Positions 1 through 11,559 of a stretch of 64,000 nucleotides of DNA are shown in pieces. The first letter of the stretch is position 1. Each line of letters opens with the position of its first letter. The notes beneath the pieces were generated by a model. That model made no database searches. It was not told the DNA's origin and saw only the letters and a list, made by a program, of their open reading frames with translations. The position numbers and the translations under genes were made by a program. The DNA lies in NCBI GenBank assembly GCA_012295275.1, contig CM022665.1:40548001-40612000 (forward strand). The letters are read 5' to 3'. The stretch comes from Chrysomallon squamiferum. Lineage: Eukaryota; Animalia; Mollusca.

Positions 1-385
1 AAATGACGGGATGAAGCATGTCATTAGCTATGCCAGTAGAAGTCTCAGTAAGTCTGAAGCCAATTATTCAGCTCATCGGTTAGAATTTCTTGCTTTAAAA
101 TAGGCTATAAGTGAGAAATATCATGAATATCTGTATGGAAACAAGTTTACGGTGCTGACCGATAACAACCCGCTAACATATGTACTCACATCGGCAAAGT
201 TGGATGCCACGGGTCACAGATGGCTAGCAGCACTTGCATCATACGATTTTAACATCTTTTACCGACCTGGGTTAAACAACGCTGATGCTGATTCTTTATC
301 CAGACTACCTGGTTCATCAGAACATACCGAAATATCGGCAGACACAGTTAGAGCTGTATGTGGTGTTTTGAACTCGATTTCTTTG
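1..385 (+). mobile_element. Ty3/Gypsy LTR retrotransposon pol fragment (RNase H / linker region), degenerate, runs off the window start
   Basis: Frame 2 reads VISYASRSLSKSEANYSAHRLEFLALK*AISEKYHEYLYGNKFTVLTDNNPLTYVLTSAKLDATGHRWLAALASYDFNIFYRPGLNNADADSLSRLP, typical Gypsy RNase H motifs. TAG at 101-103 replaces the conserved Trp. Confidence 0.92.
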
Positions 386-387
386 AA

Positions 388-3300
388 ATGTTCAACAAAG
401 AACTAGTACAACAAACAAATTCAACACTAGTCGGTGTGAAAATGTGGAGAAAGCCAAATTACTGGACCACACTGACATTTAACAGAAAACTAATAAACAC
501 AACCATCACCATTGATGGGTACAAATACACACTGGCAGAAATGAGGCCGCAGTTGCCAAAGTGCGGCCACTGTCAGAAATGGGGGCACATCACAAACCAG
601 TGCTCCCACAGACACAACCCGAAACACTTAACGTGTAGTTTCTGTGGTGGAAATCACCACAGAAACTCAGGCCTATGCCGGTCTCTGGCAAAATGCGCAA
701 ATTGCCAGGGGCCACACGAATCACACTACAAGATGTGCCCAGCAAAAATGAAAGCAACGAACAATTTTGAGCACAATAGGAGAGATAACAAAATTTTAGA
801 AAACGTCAACAAAAAATGCCAGAAGATCGAACAAAAAACTAAAACCATTATAGAAACAAAAATTGATCAACACAACAACAAACCTTAAGACAATCTCGAC
901 AAGGAGGTCAGGATCGCAGAAATCCACAAAATTATTGTCTGCCTCCTGATTGAGCTTCAGAACATCAGGACCAATAAAGGAAACACAAATGATGACGCCA
1001 ATTTTGAGCAGACAGTAGCCCAGATAATTGAAGACAGCTTGGGCTTCAAGATCGACACACATGACAAAAGAGTAAAATTACACACAGACAGGAGAAATCC
1101 TACAAACACAAAACAAAACAAACAGTAACAACCATTTACAAACTGTTCACGACAAGCACGCCAAGAACACAGGTCTCTCCGTTCTTCAATGGAACGCCAA
1201 AGGCCTTCACTCAACAGGCCACGGAGACGAACTACTACACTTCCTGGCCTCCACTACAAACACACCGGACATAATATGTATTCAAGAAACATGGCTGGGA
1301 AATTTCAACAAAAACAACAAAAACCTTTACGGTCCCCGGGTACCAAAGTCATTACGTCAACAGATACAACAGCACCCGGGGAGGCATCATGACTCTCGTC
1401 AAACAAGACATTCCACACACCAAGCTGAACCAAGCCAAAGTTCACGCCAACACAGAAATACTAAGCATCACAATACACAACAACAATCAAAACATCGACA
1501 TCATTAACGTATACAGCCCACCCACTCCCGCTCAACACACCATTCAAACCCAGGATTTAAACAAAATGATCACAACAAAGAACAAGGTCATTATAGTGGG
1601 CGATTTCAACTGCCACAACACCCTATGGGGTGGCTCGACAGACGACAGCCCTGGAATCGTCCTCGAAGATTTCCTAGAACAAAACCAGCTGGTCTGTTTG
1701 AACGACGGAACATTCACATACACTAGCGACATCAATGGTGGCCAAACCGCCATTGATGTAACATTCACAAGCAAGGACATCGCAGCACTCTCCGAATGGC
1801 AAGTGCTCGATGAGCTAAACAGCGACCACCACCCGATACTCACCAACTACAACAGCAAGAACACCTTCTCGGACAGATCCATCTTCACACCGAAATGGAA
1901 CTTCAACAAAGCGGACTGCGAAGGCTTCTACAAAGCATGCAGAAACATCAACACGCAGAACTCCAACGACATCGACGCCTACTGCGCATCACTCACCAAC
2001 ACGATACACTCCATTGCAATCAGATACATACCCAAAACCAGAAAATGCACCGGCAAAATATCCACTCCCTGGTGGACGGAACGCATAGAAAACAAATGCA
2101 AGGAGAGAAACAAATACAGAAGACAATACAAAAAAGACAGAAATCATTCTACGCACGAAAAATATAAAATATCAAAAAAAGAAGTTTCCAACCTAATACT
2201 CACAGCGAAACAAGAACACTGGGAACTTTTTTGCAACAACATCGACCACAAAACATCAGTCAAAGACATGTGGGCCAAAGTAAAAAACATTCAAGGAAAA
2301 AAAACCCACAGAATCAACACTCTCGGCAAAAACAACATCGCATTCACTGACAAGTAAAAAGCGGACCTACTCAGCCAAACCTTCGCCAAGTCCAGCAGCA
2401 ATTCGAACTTCCCAATGAAGTTCGCAAAGAAACAACTGGACAACCAAGCAATCGGCAAACACTCCGCAGACACAGAAAACAGGAAATACAATCAACTATT
2501 CAACATCAGTGAATTAAAACATGCACTCAAAAACAAGAAAAGTACAGCCACGGGGCCAGATAAAATAAGCTACACAATATTACAACATCTACCAGACGAA
2601 ACACTACTGGTTATACTCGAACTTTACAACGCAATATGGACCACCGGCAAGATTCCAACAAACTGAAACACGCCGAGTGTTTCAGCTTGCCCAAACCACA
2701 CAAAGATCACTCATTACCCAACAGCTACAGGCCGATCACGCTGACGTCACACATGTGTAAAACATTGGAAACAATGATCAACACACGCCTGAACCAGCAT
2801 TTAAACGACAACAATTTAATCAGCAAATTTCAAAGCGGCTTCAGGAAGAAACACAGCACAAACGACCAGATCACAGGCCTGCAAACATCAATTAATCAAT
2901 CTTTTCGAAAATCAAAAAAAGTCATAGCAGTTTTTTTAGACATTGAAAAAGCATTCGACATGGTATGGAGGGAAGGACTGTTAGTTAAATTAATCAACAA
3001 CATCAAAGGCAACATGTTCAACTTTATCAAAGACTTTATCAACAACAGAACCATAGCAGTCAAAATAAACGGTCACACCTCAGAGAAAACGACAATCGAA
3101 AACGGCATCCCCCAAGGATCCGTGACACCCACACTCTTCAACATCTACATCAACGACATCGTCACAGCACTCGACCAACAAGACAACGACAGAAATCCGC
3201 CAAAGGAGCCGATAAATACAGCACTCTTTGCAGACGACTGCGCCTTTTGGCGGGCAGGAAGATCGACCGCAGCAATACAGAAACAAATACAAAAAGACAA

Positions 3301-4961
3301 ACAACATAAACGATTGGGCGTTGAAATGGGGCATAAAGATTTCTCTTTCGAAAACGACGTGCCTCCTTTTCAACAAGAAATCAGACAACAGCAAGATCAG
3401 TCTCAACATCGACAACAACTTCATAACACAAACAAAGACATTCAAATTTCTAGGTGTGACATTCGACAGTCAACTCAACTTCCGATGCCACATACACAAC
3501 ATAATTGCATCCTGCAAAAAAACAATCAATCTTCTAAAGTTAATTTCCGGAACCAGTTGGGGAGCAAACGAGTCAACGCTGATTTTGATACACAAAGCGT
3601 GTATTCTCTCCAATCTCGACTACGGAGCCACGGCTTACTCGAATGCTCCCGAACTCTATTTAAAAAAACTAGACATAATTCAATCAAGAGCCCTCAGGGT
3701 GATCGGCCACCTGCCAAACACAACACCATCCGACAGCCTCCTGTCGGAATACAGCATCCAACCATTAAAATACAGAAGAAAACTGCAGCTACTAAAATAC
3801 AACCTGAAAATACACACACTCAACACAGACCACCCGGTCAAGGATCTGGTCCCCGACGAACAAAGGATAGGACAACTCTTCAAATCGCATAGTCTACTAC
3901 TATCGAATTTCCCGACAACAGCTAGCGAAATCGAAAGGGAAACAGGAATAGGTGAAATGCCACTGCCGGCATACCACAAAGAAAGAAAATCGACAATAAA
4001 CACACCTTTCCTGATCAAAAGAGAAACTGACAAAACAGAGATCCAACCATTCAAAAAAATCATTTTTTTGGCAGCAGCAAACGACCACTACAAACACACG
4101 CACATCTACACTGACGGATCCAAAAACCCAGACAACGGGAGAGTAGGATTCGCCTTCATAGCCCAAGATCACACAAACAAATCCACATGCATACAATTCG
4201 GCCGTATCAGAAATCACCTTTCGGTATACACGGCTGAGTTGGTAGCCATCATCAGAGCCATGCTGTGGGTAAAACATAACAACAAACACACAGTCATTTT
4301 CTCGGACAGTCTAAGTTCCGTGATCTCAATACAATCCGGAAGTTCAAGCAGACCAGACCTGCTCAGCAAAATACAACAACTACACGAAGAAATACAACAC
4401 AACAAGAAAGAACTAACCATCGAGTGGCTCCCAGCACACGTCGGCATCATCGGCAACGAACTTGCCGACCATTACGCCAAAGAGTCACTCGGCATTAAAG
4501 ACGAAGACATCTGCACAGACATACATTACGGAATAAACGAAATTGTCTCCATCGCTGCCAAACATTACGACAAACAATGGCAAACCGAATGGAACAACAC
4601 CAGAAACAAATGGCACTTAAACATCAAACCACTCACCAAAACACCCAAAATCACACTCGCCAACAAACTACACAACAATCTCACCAAAGCCAGAATTGGT
4701 TACTCAACCAACCTAAACGCAATTCTATACAAACATAACATCACATCACCCAACTGCAGTTGTGGACTCTCAGAAACCATGAAACACTACTTGTTTCACT
4801 GTCCCAATTTTGCCAAGGAAAGACAAGCACTACGCAATACATTGGAGTAACTAAAAATCGAGTTCACGCTCCAACACATCCTGGCACCAAACGTGAAAGA
4901 CAGACAGTTAGTCCTCGCTGCAGTAACAAATTGCATCCTCAAAACAAAACACAAACTTTAA
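388..4961 (+). mobile_element. Non-LTR retrotransposon of the I group (I/Nimb-like): 3' part of ORF1 plus APE-RT-RNase H ORF2, with stops and frameshifts
   Basis: ORF1 has three zinc knuckles (CGHCQKWGHITNQC, CSFCGGNH, CANCQGPH). ORF2 has APE motifs from ~1181 (VLQWNAKGL, IICIQETW, GDFNCHN, SDHHPI), RT motifs (SYRPITLTSHMCK, FLDIEKAFD, GIPQGS, LFADD), RNase H motifs (IYTDGSK, AELVAI, FSDSLS, WLPAHVGIIGNELAD) and a C-terminal CSCG...HYLFHC. Stops at 2355 and 4848; frameshifts near 1330, 2660 and 3300. Confidence 0.95.
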
Positions 4962-5703
4962 ACTTTTTTTTTTTTTTTTTTTTTTGACACGAAAACAAAC
5001 AATTATATAAATCTATTGACTTGCGGATTGATTGGTTGAACAGCTGATGGATCTACGGATGGATCGGCTGATTGACGGATCAATTTGAATGGCCAATTAA
5101 ATTAATGATTAAAAAACGATAAACGTACTATACGAACCCACTTTCAGACACTACTAACCCGGTTATGGTGTCTTATTTCAATTTAATTTTTTTTTATAAT
5201 TTAATTAATTGAATTTTATTTTATTTTATTTTATTTTATTTTATTTTATTTTTTTTTTTTTTTTTTTCTTAGTCAGCTTCAGGATTTATAACATCTTTTA
5301 AATTAAAATAAAATGTAAATAAGTTAACTACATATATGTTCTTATTTGTTTTAGTTGCAGGTTTTTTATAATATCTTTTAAAACAATAAAAAGACCATTG
5401 GCAAAAAAAAAATAAAAAATAAAATAAAAAACAGGTTTGGACCACGTGGACCAGAAGGAAGCAGCCAAAAAGAAACAACAACAGAAGCCAAAAAGAAACA
5501 ACGACAGCAGCCAAGAGCAGAACAACCAGGACGGCAAACAACACAGACCCGGTGATGGCCGAGAGATTGTGCCGGATATCACGGGGGGCGAATTGCGGCT
5601 GCGATACATCCGTACCGACTCGTTACGATCCGATATGCTGGACACTTCCTTGTGTCCTGCAATCGTGGCGAGAATCCATTCTTTTCCCTACCCAAAACTC
5701 TTT

Positions 5704-5802
5704 TCTGCGACGGACACGCCCGCTGACCTGTCAGAAAGTGTGCCCGTCGCAGACGTGCTTCACAACAGCTTGCTCTGATTAGCACGTTCATTTTTTTTTT
5801 TT
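5704..5802 (+). repeat. GC-rich double-hairpin element followed by a T-run, copy 1
   Basis: tctgcgacgg (5704-5713) pairs with ccgtcgcaga (5744-5753), with an inner ctgac/gtcag stem. A second stem acgtgct/agcacgt follows. A near-identical copy lies at 7086. Confidence 0.8.
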
Positions 5803-5989
5803 CCTATTCCTATCGGCAGCTTACGAAACACTGGTTTTCGCTGCCCACTCTTGCAACTCGGTTATAAAATAAGGGTATTTTGAACTTATGTAAACAAAAC
5901 AAAAGAATAAGACGTCTGGTTAAGGTGGCGTCGGATGTGGATGTGTTTCATATCGGCTCCCGCTTTGGAAAGTTTTATCTGAGATCAAA

Positions 5990-6690
5990 AATTAAGAATG
6001 AAGAAAAGATGAAAGGTATGAATTTAAAAAAAGAAGTAATGAGAAAAAATATTTAAAAAAAAGAATGCACAGTGATTATAAATGTAGAAAACAAGAAAAT
6101 TTTATCAGGCGATATAATTGATTTTGTAAGTGGCCAGGTGGGCGATGTGATAAAAGCGTGCGTACCGGAAGAATCCGACTCTTATGAAATAACACTAGAA
6201 GATATAATACAAGCCAGAATGATTGCGGAAATTGATGAAACAGAATTGAAAGGTCTAAAAATAAAGGCAAGAATTTTATAATCTGAAACTAGTTGTTTCC
6301 TTTTTACACTTGCCTGCCTATACCGAAGATGAAGAAATTGAAGAAAATTTAAAAAGAAATGAAAATAGAAATTTTATCACCAATTTATAGGAGACTATAC
6401 AAAGGGACAAATTGCAGATGGAACAAGATATGTGAGTGAAATTTCCACCCGAAATAAAAAGTTTACCATATTCAATGAAATTTCGGACTTACGAAGGAAT
6501 AAAATATTTTCGTGTATTACATGACAATCAGATAAAAGTCATGGCGGACAATCATTTGTTGAAAGACTACAATGACATGTTACACTTGGACAAACAGAAA
6601 GGGCATTTTGAAAGAAACTGCCCTAAAATGTTTGTGTGAAAAGTGTGGAAACGAAGATGAATGTGAATGTTGGACATGCCATAAGTGGAT
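5990..6690 (+). mobile_element. Tx1/L1-clade LINE ORF1 remnant (ZCCHC3-like RRM/zinc-knuckle ORF1)
   Basis: Frameshifted translation gives KKECTVIINV...ACVP..SYEITL, VSFLHLPAY.EDEEI, ADGTRYV, VKFPPEIKSLPYSMKF..GIKYFRVLHDNQIKV, GHFERNCP, characteristic of Tx1 ORF1. Confidence 0.8.
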
Positions 6691-6799
6691 TAAAATAAAA
6701 TAGATTTAACTATATCAACGTCAGCCATAGTCTTCAAGTTACAATCCATCCAATCTAACAACAGACATATAATTATTTAAAATTATGACAGTTGGACTG

Positions 6800-7055
6800 C
6801 AATTAACGGGCGGCTTAAGAGACAAAAAATGTCTTGGACAGAGTAGATTGATTCATTGATTACGGCAATAATCCTGACAATAAATAAAACACCTAAATAC
6901 ATTAATACGTAATGATATGAGCCGGCTCCAATTAATGGGTATGCGCCGATTAAGGACCGCTGTAGACAAAAGATGTCTTATCCCGAGTAAATTGATTACG
7001 ATAATAATCTTGACAATTAAAATATCTATATACATTAATACGTAATAGCCGAGTG
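6800..7055. repeat. Imperfect tandem duplication (~130-bp unit x2)
   Basis: gacaaaa.atgtctt...gagta.attgatt...ataatc.tgacaat...atacattaatacgtaat occurs twice (about 6820-6915 and 6965-7045). Confidence 0.7.
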
Positions 7056-7085
7056 TTATAAAATAACGCACAGACTAGTGTCCAG

Positions 7086-7181
7086 TGCGACGGACACGCC
7101 CACTGACCTGTCAGAAAGCGTGCCCGTCGTAGACGTTCTTCACAACAGCTAGCTCTGCTGATTTGTACGTTAATATTTTTT
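7086..7181 (+). repeat. GC-rich double-hairpin element followed by a T-run, copy 2
   Basis: tgcgacggacacgcccactgacctgtcagaaagcgtgcccgtcgtagacgttcttcacaacagct... is near-identical to 5706-5790. Confidence 0.8.
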
Positions 7182-7725
7182 CACTTCACTTCACTTCAGT
7201 GTCCAGTTACAACGCACTTGGCTGACCAGGAATAAACACTTCGGAACTCGGCTCATCTTTCATTTTTTTTTTTTTTTTTTTTTTTTTAGATTGGGGAATG
7301 CAGTCTGGGAGCAATGAGGTCCAAAGTAGTTCTACAGCAAAATAACCAAGGAAAGAATAATCACGGTTAAAGTATCAACCAAATAAATAAAACAGAAATG
7401 AAAAATAAACAAAAATAAAAATCGCAAACTGGAGAGAAAACAGAAAAAAAAAAAAAAAAAAAAAAAAAACCACAATAGAGAAAAATATTAACAAGGACGC
7501 CGAAACCAGTGAAACAGAAAATTGTCAGCAGACAGGAGTAGTGCGTCGATCGAGATTAATAAAGCGTCCGAAGAGAAAATACGGAGCTGGGTGGAAAACA
7601 AGACAGAAAGTATTAACAGAGCGTTGAATCAATAGGTGGTTAATAACGATAAAGCTTATTCTAACCAGACAATTGCGACGCGAGCATTTTTTTTTTTTTT
7701 TTTTTTTTAGAAACCATTATTTCAA

Positions 7726-8106
7726 CTGCAGCATCCTAACTGCACGCATACTGTTTGAGCTAGTCGACGCGTGACACAATGCCAACAGGAATTGTTTCTA
7801 TTTTTTGTCGCGCTAGACGAGCGTCTCAAATATATTAACCAATCACAAACAAGATTATTTCCCCAGTACATGAAAATGGAAGACGAACAATTTATCTATC
7901 TCGTTCAAGACGTTACCAGTACTTTACTATTGTTCTTTGTCAACGTGATAGAACATTTTAATACATACCCCGATAGATTTAACTTCGCCTTCAGTAGTGG
8001 ACCAAAGTTTCACAAGTGATACTGTCGTTATGATAGCATCTGGTTAGGATAATAGTGTTGTGTCGCTCGTGGCGCACGTGCCCGGTTAGGATGCCGCTCT
8101 CTGTGT
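7726..8106. mobile_element. Putative non-autonomous DNA transposon (MITE) with imperfect inverted ends
   Basis: gcagcatcctaactgcac (~7728) is the near reverse complement of gtgcccggttaggatgccgc (~8078-8097). No clear target-site duplication. Confidence 0.4.
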
Positions 8107-8169
8107 ACAATGTTTAAAAAAAAATTTAATCGGTCAAATGTGCTACTCTCCAGTAATTATTATCATGTA

Positions 8170-9385
8170 TTTATTCTTCTATCACTTAATGGTTTAAGAG
8201 ATAAAAAAGAAATTCATTTATTTTTTTCTCTTATTTACACACTCTAAATGTTGATAATGCTTGTTTACAAGAAACACACTGGGATAAGTTTCACAGAACG
8301 TAACAAAAACATGTGGGATAGCGTTATATCTTCCAATAATTCCAGAGGAGTCGCTATTTAGGTTTCTAAAGAATAGAAAAATAATGTAATATCGAGTGAA
8401 GTAATGACTAATGAATCAACAGGAAGATGTATAAAAATATGCATAAATGTTTACAGTGTGTATAAAGCACCAAACTAACTGAAAGGTTACAATTTTTTGA
8501 TTGTCTTCAACAACAAATACATCTAGATCAATTTAATATATTAGATAACTATAATGAAATAATGAATTTTAATTTAAACAGACTAGAAAATGTATTTTAA
8601 TAAGCATACTTCACAAAAATTTAGAAAACTCAGCCAAAGCTGTAATTTAATTGATATTTGGTGCAGTAAACATGTAGATAAAAGATTATATACTAGAAGT
8701 CAAGTTATTGAAGCAAAGCAGAATTGATTATATTGTTTGTAGTGGAATCATCATTCATAAAGTTATTAATTGTTATATTAAACATACCACTGTCAGTGAC
8801 CATAGCTGTGTATGTATTAGAATTGATATGTCTGAAGTAGAAAGAGGGCCTGGAGTATGGGATTTCAATAATTCATTACTAAATGACTTGGAAGTCAATT
8901 GCAAAATCAAAGAAATTTGAAAGAATGCTTCTGAAAATCCTTTCAGTGATAGTAATATTTTAGTATGGTGGGACAATTTAAAATAAAAATTAAAAAATGC
9001 ACCAAAAAATATTCCATTAAAAACCATCAGATGGAAAATAAAATTTATTGGGATTTACATAATTTAGTAAAACAATATAATGCAGCATCTAAAAACAACA
9101 ATCATCAAAATTTATGAAACGAATAAATGTCAAGGAGCTATTTTAAGATCAAAAGTAAATTGAGCATTAGATTGTGATAAAAAAGTTATTTTTTAAATTC
9201 AGAAAAATACAAACAAAATAAAAATACTATTAAAAATTTAATTATTAATCAGACATTGCCTGTTTTAGAAGTTCAGTTTTATTCTAAATTTTATTAAAAA
9301 AAGAAGAAACTGATCAAAATGAAAAGGATACTATATTAGATCTAATTAAAAATCATATTACAGAAGATAAAAACAGCTGTGATAA
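8170..9385 (+). mobile_element. Tx1/L1-clade LINE ORF2 remnant A (APE endonuclease and linker)
   Basis: LSLNGLRD, CLQETH, SRGVAI, QSRIDY, SDH, ERGPGVWDFNNSLLND, WWD.LK, GAILRSK; many stops and frameshifts. Confidence 0.85.
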
Positions 9386-9419
9386 GGGATACAAGTCTTA
9401 AAAAATTATATGATGTATT

Positions 9420-9790
9420 AGATGAGCCATCCGTTGGACAAAGCAACATGCCAGTGATCCACTACCAGTGCCACAAATTATTGCAGATCTTCACATCCCA
9501 GACAGGTATCAGCAGTCAACCATGGGGCAACAGTTTCTTCTACACAACGTGGCCTTGGTGACACAAATGGTCTTTGTCACACATCAAAACCCCGACTACT
9601 TTCCCAATCCGATCACTGGTTCATGGATGGAACTTTCAAAATTGTTCTGGAAGTATTCTTCCAGTTGTTCACCATACATACCTAGCATGAATCACAGCTT
9701 ATACCATGTGTGTGTATGTTACAGTCAATTTGGCCAAATGACCGAAAATGAGTTCCCTCAGTTTGACAGATTGCCTGATAGGCAATTTTG
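9420..9790 (+). mobile_element. Mutator-like (MULE) transposase fragment, first catalytic Asp region
   Basis: From ~9593: RLLSQSDHWFMDGTFKIVLEVFFQLFTIH, matching the MULE W.MDGTFK...F.QL.TIH motif. Confidence 0.85.
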
Positions 9791-10044
9791 AATTCAGTCA
9801 ATGTCAAGCATTGTACAAAAAAAAAAAAAAAAAATTCATGTTTAGTTTTTTTGTACTTATCAGCCCGTGTCCTTTGTGAACAGTTCTTACAACTGTTTAT
9901 TTTACATCTTTGAACTTTGTGTCTTTGTTTTGTACTAATCAGCCTGTTTCCTGAAAGCAACACTAAAATTACACTTCTTTGAACATCCAAATCCCTTAGC
10001 CTATAAATATTTGGGCCATTATGGTTCAGGTATCAACTGTCATA

Positions 10045-11490
10045 ATGGAGCTTTCAGTAGAAGATACATTCAAAAATGAGTTATACAAGAAACATGAATC
10101 TCTGAAAAAGGTACTTATACCAAAACCAGAGTACTATTTTGTTGATAAATGAACAATCATCAGCCAAGTCACATGAAGGTTATCTTCTGTCCAAGTATGA
10201 GATTCTTCAGTGTGGTGATGGTGAGAAGTTGATAAGACTTCGCAAATCCAATGATGTCCCGATACAGTATTACGTGCACATCGTAAGAGTAAACATGTTC
10301 GACCGATGACAAAGGGTGTGGTTGTCTGACCAATCTTGAATAAAACAGGAATAATGCTGGAATAAAACAGTCACCTTATGCAACCTTATTTGGCATCGAA
10401 GCCAGGATTGGTTTGACTTCCTTGTTACCGCATGTTATCCAGCAGCTACAGACAGAAGATGACTTACTAGCCATTCTGTCCAGCAGCTGAACTCAACCAG
10501 ACACTCAACCCTCTACCAGAAACGACTCAACAAGCAGCATAGAGAAGAAAAGAAAGCTTGCAATAGCCGCACAACAGAAACAAGCCAAGCGTATTGTGAA
10601 GTGAAGTTGCGTGTTATGAAAGATGGTACCATTGGTGATAACGTAGCTGTGCCCATTCTGTCTGTTGACAGGGGACGCAGTGGTCTCGCCAGCATTTGTG
10701 AAAGGGATGATAATATTTATGAGAATGTGAAGTTCAATTAGCAATGCGCTGTTAATAATTTTTATACTGTGCAGATCGAGCATTGTTTTTCGATGGACAA
10801 AGACAATATTTTAAAAAGTTGTTATGTATCTAGGATAACAATTATACAGCTGAATGCTGAACAATTTGTAGCAATCATTGAAATTCATGCGCAATAATTT
10901 AGCCGTGCAGCACCTGCTACAGTAGCCTTCATGACACAAGGACTGTGAGTAGCAGCAAATTTCTGAGGAATCGGATTGCATCCCTTTGTAAATATGACAG
11001 TCATCACTTTGAATTACTTCAATTTTATTTAGGGACAAGACCAGTGAACTGCTGACCCCAAAAGTGTAAAACAATGGCATGACAGCCAGTCTAAATAAAC
11101 AGGTGGCAAATACTGCTGCCATGGCTGACAAATTCATTGTAAGCCGAAAGTGATGGTGGGCCCACCATCTCTTACAGTATGTACAGAGACCTCTGGGACA
11201 TGGTGATCCCAGAAATATTCTAGGTGTTGTATTAGCTGTAGAAAATGGACAATATACCATTGGTTGCCCTTCTTGTGTTCTGAAAGGGAAATAGAGTTGA
11301 CACCTGTTTGATTTATGTCCTCAGACTCCTGAGTGAATCTGACATTAAGTGTGTCACTTCATCAAGCCAACAAAAATGAGTCTCAAACGGTGGTCAGGGT
11401 TTCGTGCAGTTGTAATGGACCTAAGAGATATGCTCGTTTCAAAAATAATGTTTTGTGTAATAACAGATGTCACAACAGTGTAAATTATTT
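10045..11490 (+). mobile_element. KRBA2/SCAND3-like (Ginger-type integrase) DNA transposon remnants
   Basis: MELSVEDTFKNEL..., YLLSKYEILQCGDGEKLI, PYATLFGIEARIGL, IGDNVAVPILSVDRGR, DPRNILGVVLAVENGQYTIG and a terminal Cys-rich CNNRCH. The integrase core is largely deleted. Confidence 0.7.
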
Positions 11491-11559
11491 AAATAAATGA
11501 AGTATGTATTATGTGTCACCAGTGCATTATAAATTTAATATGTAATGAATATTATGAAT

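Noticed and set aside
796-4456. Minus-strand ORFs over the LINE
   Set aside because: Antisense shadows of the A/C-rich LINE coding strand with no recognisable motifs.
5720-5740. ctga...gaaa resembling a hammerhead ribozyme core
   Set aside because: It lacks the CUGANGA consensus (it reads CUGACCU), and no NUH site or stem III fits.
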